A stretch of DNA of 64,000 nt from Alphaproteobacteria bacterium (lineage in GTDB: Bacteria > Pseudomonadota > Alphaproteobacteria > Micropepsales > Micropepsaceae). This document shows, piece after piece, positions 1 to 8,507 of the stretch. Within the stretch, counting starts at the first letter, position 1; the number at the start of each line of letters is the position of its first letter. A program made the position numbers and the translations under genes. Location of the stretch: assembly GCA_046348585.1 (NCBI GenBank), contig JAXMDZ010000005.1, forward strand, positions 60,244-124,243, read 5' to 3'. The notes beneath the pieces were generated by a model. The model was given only the letters and a program-made list of their open reading frames with translations. It was not told the origin of the DNA and searched no databases.

Positions 1-1
1 C

Positions 2-796
2 TTGCTCGATCCGCCGCTGCACGAGTTCCTGCCCAAGTCGGACGCCGAGATCGCCGAGGTCGCCGAGGCGGCCGGGGTGACGCCGGCCAAGCTGAAGGCG
101 CGGGTCAACGAGCTTTACGAGTTCAACCCGATGCTGGGGCATCGCGGCTGCCGCCTGGGGATCACCTTCCCCGAGATCTACGAGATGCAGGCCCGCGCCA
201 TTTTCCAGGCGGCCGCCGCCGTCGCCAGGGAGACCGGCGACACGGTGACGCCCGAGGTGATGATCCCGCTGGTGGCGCTGAAGCGCGAGCTGGACATGCT
301 GAAAGACAGGGTGGCGGCGGTCCATGCCGCCGTCGAGGCGGAAACCGGGATCAAGGTGCCCTACCTCATCGGCACCATGATCGAATTGCCCCGCGCCGCG
401 CTGCGGGCCGGGGACATCGCCCAGTCGGCCGAGTTCTTCTCGTTCGGGACCAACGACCTGACCCAGACGACGTTCGGCATCAGCCGCGACGACGCCGGGC
501 GGTTCCTGGTCGAATACCAGCGCCTCGGCCTGCTGGAACAGGACCCCTTCGTCAGCCTCGACGTGGACGGGGTCGGCGAACTGGTCGAGATCGCCGCCCG
601 GCGCGGGCGCAAGACCCGGCCGGACCTCAAGCTCGGCATCTGCGGCGAGCATGGCGGCGACCCCGCCTCGATCCGGTTCTGCGCGCAGGTCGGGCTCGAC
701 TATGTGTCGTGCTCGCCTTACCGGGTGCCGATCGCCCGGCTGGCGGCGGCGCAGGCCGCGCTGCTGCCCGGCAAGGACAGCCGCGAAGACAAATAG
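2..796 (+). CDS. ppdK: Pyruvate phosphate dikinase, C-terminal part (runs in from window edge)
   Basis: [43 protein letters not shown] and [18 protein letters not shown] motifs of the PEP-utilising C-terminal domain. Confidence 0.96.
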   Translation: MLDPPLHEFLPKSDAEIAEVAEAAGVTPAKLKARVNELYEFNPMLGHRGCRLGITFPEIYEMQARAIFQAAAAVARETGDTVTPEVMIPLVALKRELDMLKDRVAAVHAAVEAETGIKVPYLIGTMIELPRAALRAGDIAQSAEFFSFGTNDLTQTTFGISRDDAGRFLVEYQRLGLLEQDPFVSLDVDGVGELVEIAARRGRKTRPDLKLGICGEHGGDPASIRFCAQVGLDYVSCSPYRVPIARLAAAQAALLPGKDSREDK

Positions 797-963
797 AAGC
801 CGTCAAGACGAGGTTTGAATGAACTTCGTCCAGGCACGCGGGGGCAGCCGTCCGGCCCGCCCCCGCGGAGCAGGGCGCGCGGGTGAACTTTTTCCATTTT
901 AAATGCTGCCGGACATCCAGCCGGTTTCACTCAAGGAGCCGCAAGGCCCGATTTTCCGGGAAA

Positions 964-978
964 TTAACCTCTCGTAAA
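964..978. promoter_or_regulatory. CtrA-box-like site (TTAA-N7-TAAA)
   Basis: ttaa-cctctcg-taaa, one mismatch from TTAA-N7-TTAA, in the AT-rich region upstream of a cell wall hydrolase. Confidence 0.35.
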
Positions 979-1184
979 GAATGACGGATCGTCATCGTTC
1001 GTATTTGTCTAGTCTTGTAGTGGCCGGAACCGGCTCATAGGTTCCGCGCGCTTTCGGACGGGGGTTGGGCCGCCCGGAAGCGAAATGGCTCCGCCGCGAT
1101 GTCGCCTCAAACGGGGCGCAGATCGCGCCAAGGGGCGCCCACCCGCCGCGCCGAGCGCGGCGAAGTCGAGGAGTGATCTGGGCC

Positions 1185-1877
1185 ATGTCGAACGCCCATG
1201 CAGCCGTCAGGCGCTGCCACAGGATTCTTGTCGCCGTGCTGGCCGGGACCGCGGTTTACGGCGGGGCGCTCGCCTACAGCCTCGGCGGCGACGCAGCCGA
1301 GGTCGCGGCCGGCGCGCCGGGCGCGGTGAACGCCATCCTGACCCTGCCCGCCGAACCCCTGCCCGTCGTCCTGCCCGCGCCGAAGCCCGCCGAAGCCCTC
1401 GCCGCCGCCGCCGGCCCCGCCCGTTCGGTCGCCGAGTCGGAGAAGATCTGCCTCGCCGAGGCGGTCTATTACGAAGCGCGCGGCGAAAGCGCCGACGGCC
1501 AGCGCGCCGTCGCCGAGGTCGTCGCCCGCCGCTCGACCGATCCGCGCTATCCCAATTCGATCTGCGGCGTCGTCTATCAGGACGCCCATCGCCGCCACGG
1601 CTGCCAGTTCTCGTTCGCCTGCGACGGCAAGAAGCGCAGCGCCCGCCGCGACCCCGCCGCCTGGAACGAGGCGGTCTATATCGCCGGCGACGAGCTGACC
1701 GGCCCCGGCCGCCTGGTCGACACCTCGAAGGGCGCGACCCATTTCCACACGCTGAAAGTGCGCCCGTCCTGGTCGCGGCGCTTCGTGCGCACGGTCCAGA
1801 TCGGCAACCACATCTTCTATCGCCAGCCCGGCCGCGGCTACGAGGCGCGCGACCTGCGCAACGCCGCTGCGTCCTGA
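1185..1877 (+). CDS. Cell wall hydrolase, SleB family (Hydrolase_2)
   Basis: CLAEAVYYEARGES...AVAEVV...YPNSICGVVYQ...CQFSFACDG...GATHFH...QIGNHIFY; GAGGAG RBS before ATG 1185; N-terminal hydrophobic segment. Confidence 0.9.
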   Translation: MSNAHAAVRRCHRILVAVLAGTAVYGGALAYSLGGDAAEVAAGAPGAVNAILTLPAEPLPVVLPAPKPAEALAAAAGPARSVAESEKICLAEAVYYEARGESADGQRAVAEVVARRSTDPRYPNSICGVVYQDAHRRHGCQFSFACDGKKRSARRDPAAWNEAVYIAGDELTGPGRLVDTSKGATHFHTLKVRPSWSRRFVRTVQIGNHIFYRQPGRGYEARDLRNAAAS

Positions 1878-1899
1878 GGCCTGCGCGTCCCGATCCCCG

Positions 1900-2736
1900 T
1901 CAGTCGGGACCGAGCATCGGCAGGGCCTTCAGGATTCGCTTGCGCATCATCTCCGGGCTGAAGCCCTTGATGCGGTCGATCCATTTGAGGCTGGCCGGGA
2001 CATACCAGTGCAGCTTCTCCGAGTGGTAGGCGGCCCAGGCCGCCTCCGCCACGCTGGAGGCGGGCAGCAGGCGGAACATCCCCTTTTTCGGCGCGCCGGC
2101 CGCCAGCGCCTCGCGCGAGGGCGGCGGCGGACGGTCGCCCGAGCGGTTCGGCGTTTCCAACAGGATGGCGGTGTCGATGAGGCCGGGCAGCACGTCGGCG
2201 ACGCGCACGCCGTGGCGTTGCCATTCGATGCTGAGCGCCTCGGTCAGACCCTTCACCGCGTGCTTGGTCGCGGCATAGACGGCGATGCGCGGCATGCCGT
2301 AGGTGGCCGAGGAGGACGAGGTGGAGAACATCAGGCTGTTCTTCGCCTTCTTCAGATAAGGCAGCCCCGCATAGGCCCCGGTCAGCACCGCCTTGAAGTT
2401 GATGTCGACCACCCGCATCGCCGCCTCGTAGGGCACGTCCTCGAACCAGCCGGACTCGCCGATGCCGGCGTTGTTCCACAGCATGTCGAGGCCGCCGTTC
2501 GGATTGCCGGCGCAGAAATCGGCGAGCGCCTGCTCCATCGACGCCTTGTCGGTGACGTCGACCGCGCGGGTCCACAGCCGCTCGCGGCCCAGTTCCTGCT
2601 CCAGCGTCGCAAGCCCGCCCGGGTTGCGGTCGATCGCCCCGACCCGCCAGCCCTTCTCGTGGAACAGCTTGACGCCCGCCCGGCCCATGCCGCTGCCCGC
2701 GCCCGTGATGAAGATCGCTTTTCCAGCCGCTGACAT
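1900..2736 (-). CDS. SDR family oxidoreductase
   Basis: TGAGSGMG Rossmann motif, NNAG, YAATK catalytic motif; GGAGG RBS before ATG 2736. Confidence 0.92.
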   Translation of the reverse strand: MSAAGKAIFITGAGSGMGRAGVKLFHEKGWRVGAIDRNPGGLATLEQELGRERLWTRAVDVTDKASMEQALADFCAGNPNGGLDMLWNNAGIGESGWFEDVPYEAAMRVVDINFKAVLTGAYAGLPYLKKAKNSLMFSTSSSSATYGMPRIAVYAATKHAVKGLTEALSIEWQRHGVRVADVLPGLIDTAILLETPNRSGDRPPPPSREALAAGAPKKGMFRLLPASSVAEAAWAAYHSEKLHWYVPASLKWIDRIKGFSPEMMRKRILKALPMLGPD

Positions 2737-2764
2737 GAGCGGTCCTCCCGTGGTGTTATGTCGT

Positions 2765-3289
2765 ATGCGCTCCACAATCGGCAAAGCGGCGGCTCTCGTC
2801 CAGTTCGCTTTGGCGCTGGCCCTCGCCGCCGCGCCGGGGACGGCCGACGCCAAGTCGAAGGCCAAAAGCGAGGCGCAGGCCTATGCCGACCGCAAATGCC
2901 TGACCGAGGGCCTCTATTTCGAGGCCGGGAGCGAGGGCAAGGACGGCATGACGGCGGTGGCCGAAGTGATCTTCCGCCGCGCGAAAACCCCCGGCTACCC
3001 CAAGACGATCTGCGCGGTCGTCTATAACGGGGCGCCCTCCTATGGCTGCCAGTTCTCGTTCGCCTGCGACGGCTCGCGGGTGCGGCCGCGCAGCCTCGCG
3101 CTGTGGAAGGCGACCTGGAAGCTGGCGGGCGAATTGCTGAAGGACCGCGAGGCGGTGCTCGCCGCCGACACGACGCAGGGGGCGGTGCGCTTCCATGCCG
3201 ACTACGTCCAGCCCGACTGGGAGGCGGAGGGCTTCGAGATGACCGTGCAGATCGGCCGCCACATCTTCTATCGGCCCAAGGCCGACTGA
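2765..3289 (+). CDS. Cell wall hydrolase, SleB family (second paralogue)
   Basis: Signal-peptide-like N-terminus; CLTEGLYFEA...AVAEVI...YPKTICAVVY...CQFSFACDG...QIGRHIFY. Confidence 0.88.
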   Translation: MRSTIGKAAALVQFALALALAAAPGTADAKSKAKSEAQAYADRKCLTEGLYFEAGSEGKDGMTAVAEVIFRRAKTPGYPKTICAVVYNGAPSYGCQFSFACDGSRVRPRSLALWKATWKLAGELLKDREAVLAADTTQGAVRFHADYVQPDWEAEGFEMTVQIGRHIFYRPKAD

Positions 3290-3383
3290 GCGCCGATCAC
3301 AGACGGGGCCCGGGTGACGGCCGCTACAGGCGGCGGGCGGCGGCGACGCCTAGCCTCGTCCCGTCATCCAGCAGGGGATCACC

Positions 3384-4256
3384 ATGACGCTTCGTCTCGC
3401 CCTTACCGCCGCCGTCGCCGCTTCGGCGGTCCTTTCGGCTTCCGCCGCGCCGCAGACGCAGACCTTGCAGGGCGCGTCGCTGCGTCTTGAGGATCTGGTC
3501 TCCGCCGACGTCACGATCAATGTCGTGCCGGGTACGCAGGGCGTCCAGGTGACGCTCGACGGCCGCGACGAGGCGGTCGCCCGCACCACCATGGCGACCG
3601 AAGGCCAGGACGCGGTGATCCGCATGGCCCCGCGCAATACCGAGGGCACCTTTTCCGGCTACGACATCAAGCTGACCGTCACCGTCGCGCCGGGCACGCC
3701 GCTGGCCATGGGCGGCTTCATCGGCCGCGCGGCGATCGGCGACCTCGACGCGCCGCTGTCGCTGGAGGCGACGGCCGGCGAGGTGAAAGCCGGACGCCTG
3801 ACCACCGCGAGCCTCGAATCGAGCGGTTCGATGGACGTGGAGATCGCCTCGGTCGAGGGCGCGCTGTCGTTTTCGTCGTCCGGCTCGGGCTCGCTGAAGG
3901 CGGGCGCGGTCGGCCTCACCGCCATCGAGATCGACGGCTCCGGCTCGGCCGACATCGCCTCGGTCGCGGGCGGGCTGAACATCGAGATCGCCGGGTCGGC
4001 CGATCTGACCATCGGCACGATCGACGGGCCGACGCAGATCGACATCGCCGGGTCTGGCAGCGTCGATATCAAGGGCGGCCGGGCGACGAGCTTCGAGGTG
4101 TCGTCGGCGGGATCGGGCGAGGTGAAGTTCGGCGGGACGGCGGTCAACCCGAAGGTCGACGCCGCCGGGTCGGGCGACGTCTGCATCGACACGATCGAAG
4201 GGTCGCTCGACGCTTCGGGTTCCGACGTGCGGGTCGGGAAAGGCGCGTGCAGCTAG
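3384..4256 (+). CDS. Secreted GIN-domain/DUF2807-like beta-helix protein
   Basis: Signal peptide followed by repeated I-x-I-x-GSG-S/D units. Confidence 0.75.
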   Translation: MTLRLALTAAVAASAVLSASAAPQTQTLQGASLRLEDLVSADVTINVVPGTQGVQVTLDGRDEAVARTTMATEGQDAVIRMAPRNTEGTFSGYDIKLTVTVAPGTPLAMGGFIGRAAIGDLDAPLSLEATAGEVKAGRLTTASLESSGSMDVEIASVEGALSFSSSGSGSLKAGAVGLTAIEIDGSGSADIASVAGGLNIEIAGSADLTIGTIDGPTQIDIAGSGSVDIKGGRATSFEVSSAGSGEVKFGGTAVNPKVDAAGSGDVCIDTIEGSLDASGSDVRVGKGACS

Positions 4257-4260
4257 GCCG

Positions 4261-5237
4261 CTAGCGCATTTCCTTCGCCAGTCGGCCGATCCGGCCGAGC
4301 ACCTGTTCGGTCTCCGCCACGATGCGGCGGACGATCTCTCCGGCGGGCGGGGCGTCGACGATGGCCCCCGCCCCCTGCCCCATCGCGAAGCACGAGCGCG
4401 ACTTGTCGAGGCCTTCCATCTGGCCGCCGATGCCGCCCATGACGCCCGCCTTGTGGCTGTGCGCGGCCTGCGCCGGGAAGGGCTGAAGGTCCTGCGGCCG
4501 CTTCTCCCAGTCCATGACATAGGGATTGCGGAAGACGCGCATCGTCTTGCCCGAGTAGCAGCGGGTGACGATCGTGTCCTCGTCGGACGCTTCCATGATG
4601 ACGTCCTTGTACATCTGGGCGGCGTGGGCCTCGGCCGAGGCGATGAAGCGCGTGCCCATCCAGACGCCCTGCGCGCCGAGCGCGAAGGCGGCGGCGATGC
4701 CGCGCCCGTCGACGATCGAGCCCGCCGCGATGACCGGGATCTTCACCGCATCGACGACCTGGGGATCAGCGCCATGCCGGCGACGCGGCCGGTGTGGCCG
4801 CCCGCTTCCGTGCCCTGCGCGACGACGGCGTCGAGGCCGCCATGTTCGGCGTGGCGCGCGTGCTTCACGGTGCCCGCGACGTTCATCACCTTGAGGTCCG
4901 CGTCGTGGAACTTCTTGACGAGGTGCGGCGGCGGCACGCCGAGGCCGGAAATGAAGGCCGCCGCGCCTTCCTCGATGATGATGTCGACGGTCTGTTCCAG
5001 CGATTCCGGGATCGCCGCCAGCAGGTCGACGCCGAAGGGTTTTTTCGTCAGTGAGCGGACGATCCGCATCTGCTCGCGGATCTGCTTGGGCGGCACTGAG
5101 GCCATGCCGAGCGTGCCGAAGCCGCCCGCTTCCGAAACGGCGGCGGCCAGCTCGCCATACGAGACGCCGCCCATGCCGGCCAGCAGGATGGGATAGTCGA
5201 TGCCGAGCATGTCGCAGATCGGCGTGCGGATGGTCAT
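4261..5237 (-). pseudogene. Nitronate monooxygenase / FabK-like flavoprotein split by a 1-nt frameshift (possibly a sequencing error)
   Basis: N-half (4743..5237): YPILLAGMGG...QGTEAGGHTG. C-half in another frame: QVVDAVKIPVIAAG...GAQGVWMGTRF. One extra C in the C4 run (4761-4764, minus strand) restores a continuous ORF. Confidence 0.85.
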
Positions 5238-5341
5238 GGCGTCCTCCGGTTATTGATTTATTGGGTGCAGTCTGTCGAACCTTCGCCATAGTCTCAAGGT
5301 CACGTAGCGTCGGGCCTGACGCGGCGGAAAGGGATGAGGGC

Positions 5342-5767
5342 ATGAAACGGACCGCGATCTCGTTCGCGCTGGCGCTGACGCTGGCCGCCTGGCCGGCGGC
5401 GCGCGCCGAGGGCCCTGCCCTGACGCCCGAGGAACGGCAGGTGATCGAGACGCTGATCATCGGCACGCCGACCGAGCGCAACATCAACGCGGCGCTCGGC
5501 TTCTGGCGCGGCGCCCCCGAGGCGCTGAAGCAGCGCATCCTGGCGACGCCGAAGGAAGAACGCTGGCCGATCGTGCTGTGCAACTATCTCGGCTTCGACA
5601 ACGAGGCGGTCGCCTCGGCGACGCCGGAGCGCTGCGAGACCAAGGTGCAGGCCGATATCGATCGCGGCAAGGCGAGCTGGTCGGCGGACGGCCAGTGGGT
5701 CGGCCCCAGCGATGAATGCCGGGCGCGCAACAAGCGCAACGAATACGGCCAGCTGATCTGCGGCTGA
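5342..5767 (+). CDS. Hypothetical secreted protein with 4 Cys
   Basis: MKRTAISFALALTLAAWPAARA signal peptide; GGGATGAGGG RBS-like sequence; fills the gap between opposite-strand genes. Confidence 0.7.
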   Translation: MKRTAISFALALTLAAWPAARAEGPALTPEERQVIETLIIGTPTERNINAALGFWRGAPEALKQRILATPKEERWPIVLCNYLGFDNEAVASATPERCETKVQADIDRGKASWSADGQWVGPSDECRARNKRNEYGQLICG

Positions 5768-5768
5768 A

Positions 5769-6722
5769 CTAGGCCGGCGCGGCGCGCGGACGGCGCCAGC
5801 GCCGGTGCGAGGCCAGCGGCTCCTCCAGGAAGCCGCGCACGATCGGCATGATCTCGGGCAGGCGCGAGATGATGAAGAGATGGCCGCCGCCGGGCACGAC
5901 ATGCAGCCGTGCGTTCGGCATGGCGCGGTGGATCATCTTCATGTTGATCAGCGGCACGATCTTGTCGCGGTCGCCGCCGAGGATGAGCGTCGGCACGTTG
6001 AGGAACGGCAGGAACGGCAGGCTGGTCCAGCCGACCATCGCCAGCATCTGGAACATGTAGCCGCGCAGGGTCGGCGGCTTGAGGCGGATGTGGTGATGGC
6101 TGGCAAAGTCGCCGCCCTCGTCGCCGTAGAGCTTCTCGAAGTTCTTCATCAGATAGTCCTTGTCGAGATAGCGCTGCGGCGTCGCCATCTTCGACAGGGC
6201 TTCGAATTTGCCGGGCACCATGGTCATGCCGGTCGAAGTGGCGCAGAGGATCAGCTTCTTCGTGCGGCGGCGGTATTGCAGGGCGAATTGCTGCGCCGCG
6301 CCGCCGCCCCACGAGACGCCGATGACATCGACGTCGCCGAAGCCGAAGCGGTCGAGGATCGTCGCCGCCGCCCGGCTGACCATCCACGGGCGATAGGGCA
6401 GCAGCGGCGCGGGCGAGCCGCCGATGCCGGGCATGTCGAAGGTGATGACGTCGCGCTCCGGCATCGCCTCGGCCAGCGGCTGCGCCAGTTCGAGATTGGC
6501 CCCGATGCCGTTGAAGAAGAGGAGCGGCCGTTCGGCGCTGCGCCGCGTCGCGCGCCAGACGGCGGTGCGATAGGTCTGCCAGCCGACTTTCTGCATCGAC
6601 AGTTCAGGCGAACGAACGTCGCTGGACTCCATAGACGATACTCCCCCTGGCGCGGTCCCCTTGCGGCCGCGCGTTCCCGATGCCTGCTTCTTAGACTGAG
6701 TCTGGCGTTTCGCCTCAGCCAT
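5769..6722 (-). CDS. phaZ: Poly(3-hydroxyalkanoate) depolymerase (alpha/beta hydrolase)
   Basis: LLFFNGIGANLEL and GVSWGG lipase box as in Pseudomonas PhaZ; start overlaps phaC stop (ATGGCTGA). Confidence 0.85.
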   Translation of the reverse strand: MAEAKRQTQSKKQASGTRGRKGTAPGGVSSMESSDVRSPELSMQKVGWQTYRTAVWRATRRSAERPLLFFNGIGANLELAQPLAEAMPERDVITFDMPGIGGSPAPLLPYRPWMVSRAAATILDRFGFGDVDVIGVSWGGGAAQQFALQYRRRTKKLILCATSTGMTMVPGKFEALSKMATPQRYLDKDYLMKNFEKLYGDEGGDFASHHHIRLKPPTLRGYMFQMLAMVGWTSLPFLPFLNVPTLILGGDRDKIVPLINMKMIHRAMPNARLHVVPGGGHLFIISRLPEIMPIVRGFLEEPLASHRRWRRPRAAPA

Positions 6723-8397
6723 GCACGTATTGGCCCGGGGCCTTGCCGACCGGCTTGTGCTTGGCGTCGCCAAGCTTCTTGGGCGCGGCCTTCATGCCGC
6801 CCGAACGTTCGCCCAGCCATTTCGTCCAGGTCTCCCACCACGAGCCCATGTGCTGTTCGGCGCCGTGCGGGAACTGCTCGACGTCGTCGGGCAGGGCCGG
6901 ATTGGCGAAGAAGCGGGCCTTCGGGTTTCCGGGCGGATTGATGAGCGACTGGATATGGCCGCTGGACGAAAGGACGAAGGTCTTGTCGGGCGAGCCCAGC
7001 AGCTTCATCGAGCGATAGACCGCCTTCCACGGCGTGATGTGGTCGGTGACGCCGGCGAGGAAGAAGACGTCCTGGGTGATCTTCCTGAGGTCGATCTTGT
7101 GGCCCATGAACGGAACGGTGCCGGGTTTGCGCATCGGCTCGCTCTCGTACATGTCGAGATAGTCGTGATGCAGCTGCATCGGCAGGTTCGTGGAATCGTT
7201 GTTCCAGTAGAGAATGTCGAAGGGCGGCGGGTCGTTGCCGAGCAGGTAGTTGTTGACGACGTAATTCCAGATGAGGTCGTTGGGGCGCAGCCAGGCGAAG
7301 GTGCGGCTGAGATCCTGCCCGGTGAGGATGCCCTTCTGTTTCGAGCGCGCCTTGGCGAGCTTGATCGAGCGCGGGCTGATGAAGGCCCCGACCTCGCTGT
7401 CCTCGGGCCGCGCGTCGAGCACGCAGACCATGAAGGTCGCGGCGTTGACGCGCGTGTCCTTCTTCGCCGCCAGATAGGACAGCAGCATCGCCTGGGTGAT
7501 GCCGCCCGAGCAGGCGCCCGAGACGTTCAGGCTCTTCTGTTTGGTGATGGCGAGCGTCGCGTCGATGGCCTTGATGATCTCGCGCACATAGGCCTCGAGG
7601 CCCCAGCTCGCGTGCTCCTTGCCCGGGTTGCGCCACGAGATCGCGAAGAGCTGATAGCCCTGCGACAACAGATAGCGGAACATCGAGCGGTCGGGCGTGA
7701 GGTCCGAGGCGTAGAACTTGTTGATCTGCGGCGGGACGATCAGGAGCGGCCGCTCGTGCACCTGCTCGCTGAGCGGCTTGTACTGGATCAGCTCCATCAT
7801 CTCGGTGCGCAGAACGACGCTGCCTTCGGTGACGGCGAGGTTTTCGCCCACCTTGAACGGGCGCTTGTCGACCTGGCTCGGCAGGCCGCCATTGTCGCGC
7901 ATGTCGCCGTAGAAATTCTTCAGCCCCTTCACCAGCGACTTGCCCTTGGTGTCCCAGGCGGTCTTGAGGGCGAGCGGGTTGCCCAGCAGCGTGTTGGTCG
8001 GGGCGACGGCGTCGGCGAAGATATCGAGGACGAAATTGGCGCGCGTGCGGTCCTGATCGCCGAGATCGAGATCGGCGAGCCAGTCCTTGAGGTTCTTGCG
8101 GAAGGCGAGCCAGCCCTGCATCCCGCGCTTGAAGATCGGGCTTTTCTTCCAGACTTCGTGCTGGAAGCGCTTGTCGCGGGCCTCTGCCTCCAGCTTCGAC
8201 TTGCCGACCAGCACGTCGGCGAGGTCCTTGGCGAACGAGCCGCCGTGCTTGGCGAACAGGGTCGGCTGGCGGATGATCTCGGTCACCACGAGGCCCGCGG
8301 CGCGCCAGAGCTCCTCCGGATTGATCCCCACGATGGGGTTCAGGGCCATGTTGGAATCCGGCCCTTTGTCGCCCAGCTTGGACTCGTCGATCTTCAT
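6715..8397 (-). CDS. phaC: PHA synthase, class II-like
   Basis: PLLIVPPQINKFY, GACSGG catalytic Cys box, DHITPW (Asp), SSGHIQS (His), WNYVVNNYLLG. Confidence 0.93.
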   Translation of the reverse strand: MKIDESKLGDKGPDSNMALNPIVGINPEELWRAAGLVVTEIIRQPTLFAKHGGSFAKDLADVLVGKSKLEAEARDKRFQHEVWKKSPIFKRGMQGWLAFRKNLKDWLADLDLGDQDRTRANFVLDIFADAVAPTNTLLGNPLALKTAWDTKGKSLVKGLKNFYGDMRDNGGLPSQVDKRPFKVGENLAVTEGSVVLRTEMMELIQYKPLSEQVHERPLLIVPPQINKFYASDLTPDRSMFRYLLSQGYQLFAISWRNPGKEHASWGLEAYVREIIKAIDATLAITKQKSLNVSGACSGGITQAMLLSYLAAKKDTRVNAATFMVCVLDARPEDSEVGAFISPRSIKLAKARSKQKGILTGQDLSRTFAWLRPNDLIWNYVVNNYLLGNDPPPFDILYWNNDSTNLPMQLHHDYLDMYESEPMRKPGTVPFMGHKIDLRKITQDVFFLAGVTDHITPWKAVYRSMKLLGSPDKTFVLSSSGHIQSLINPPGNPKARFFANPALPDDVEQFPHGAEQHMGSWWETWTKWLGERSGGMKAAPKKLGDAKHKPVGKAPGQYVHG

Positions 8398-8507
8398 CGT
8401 TTCCCCCATGCGAAACGTGTCGGCCCACGGGGGCGCGCCGTTTCGTCAGGGCAAGGTTGGCCGAAGGATCGGGGCTTGTCGAGCGGGGCCGGACGGCCCG
8501 GCGGGGC

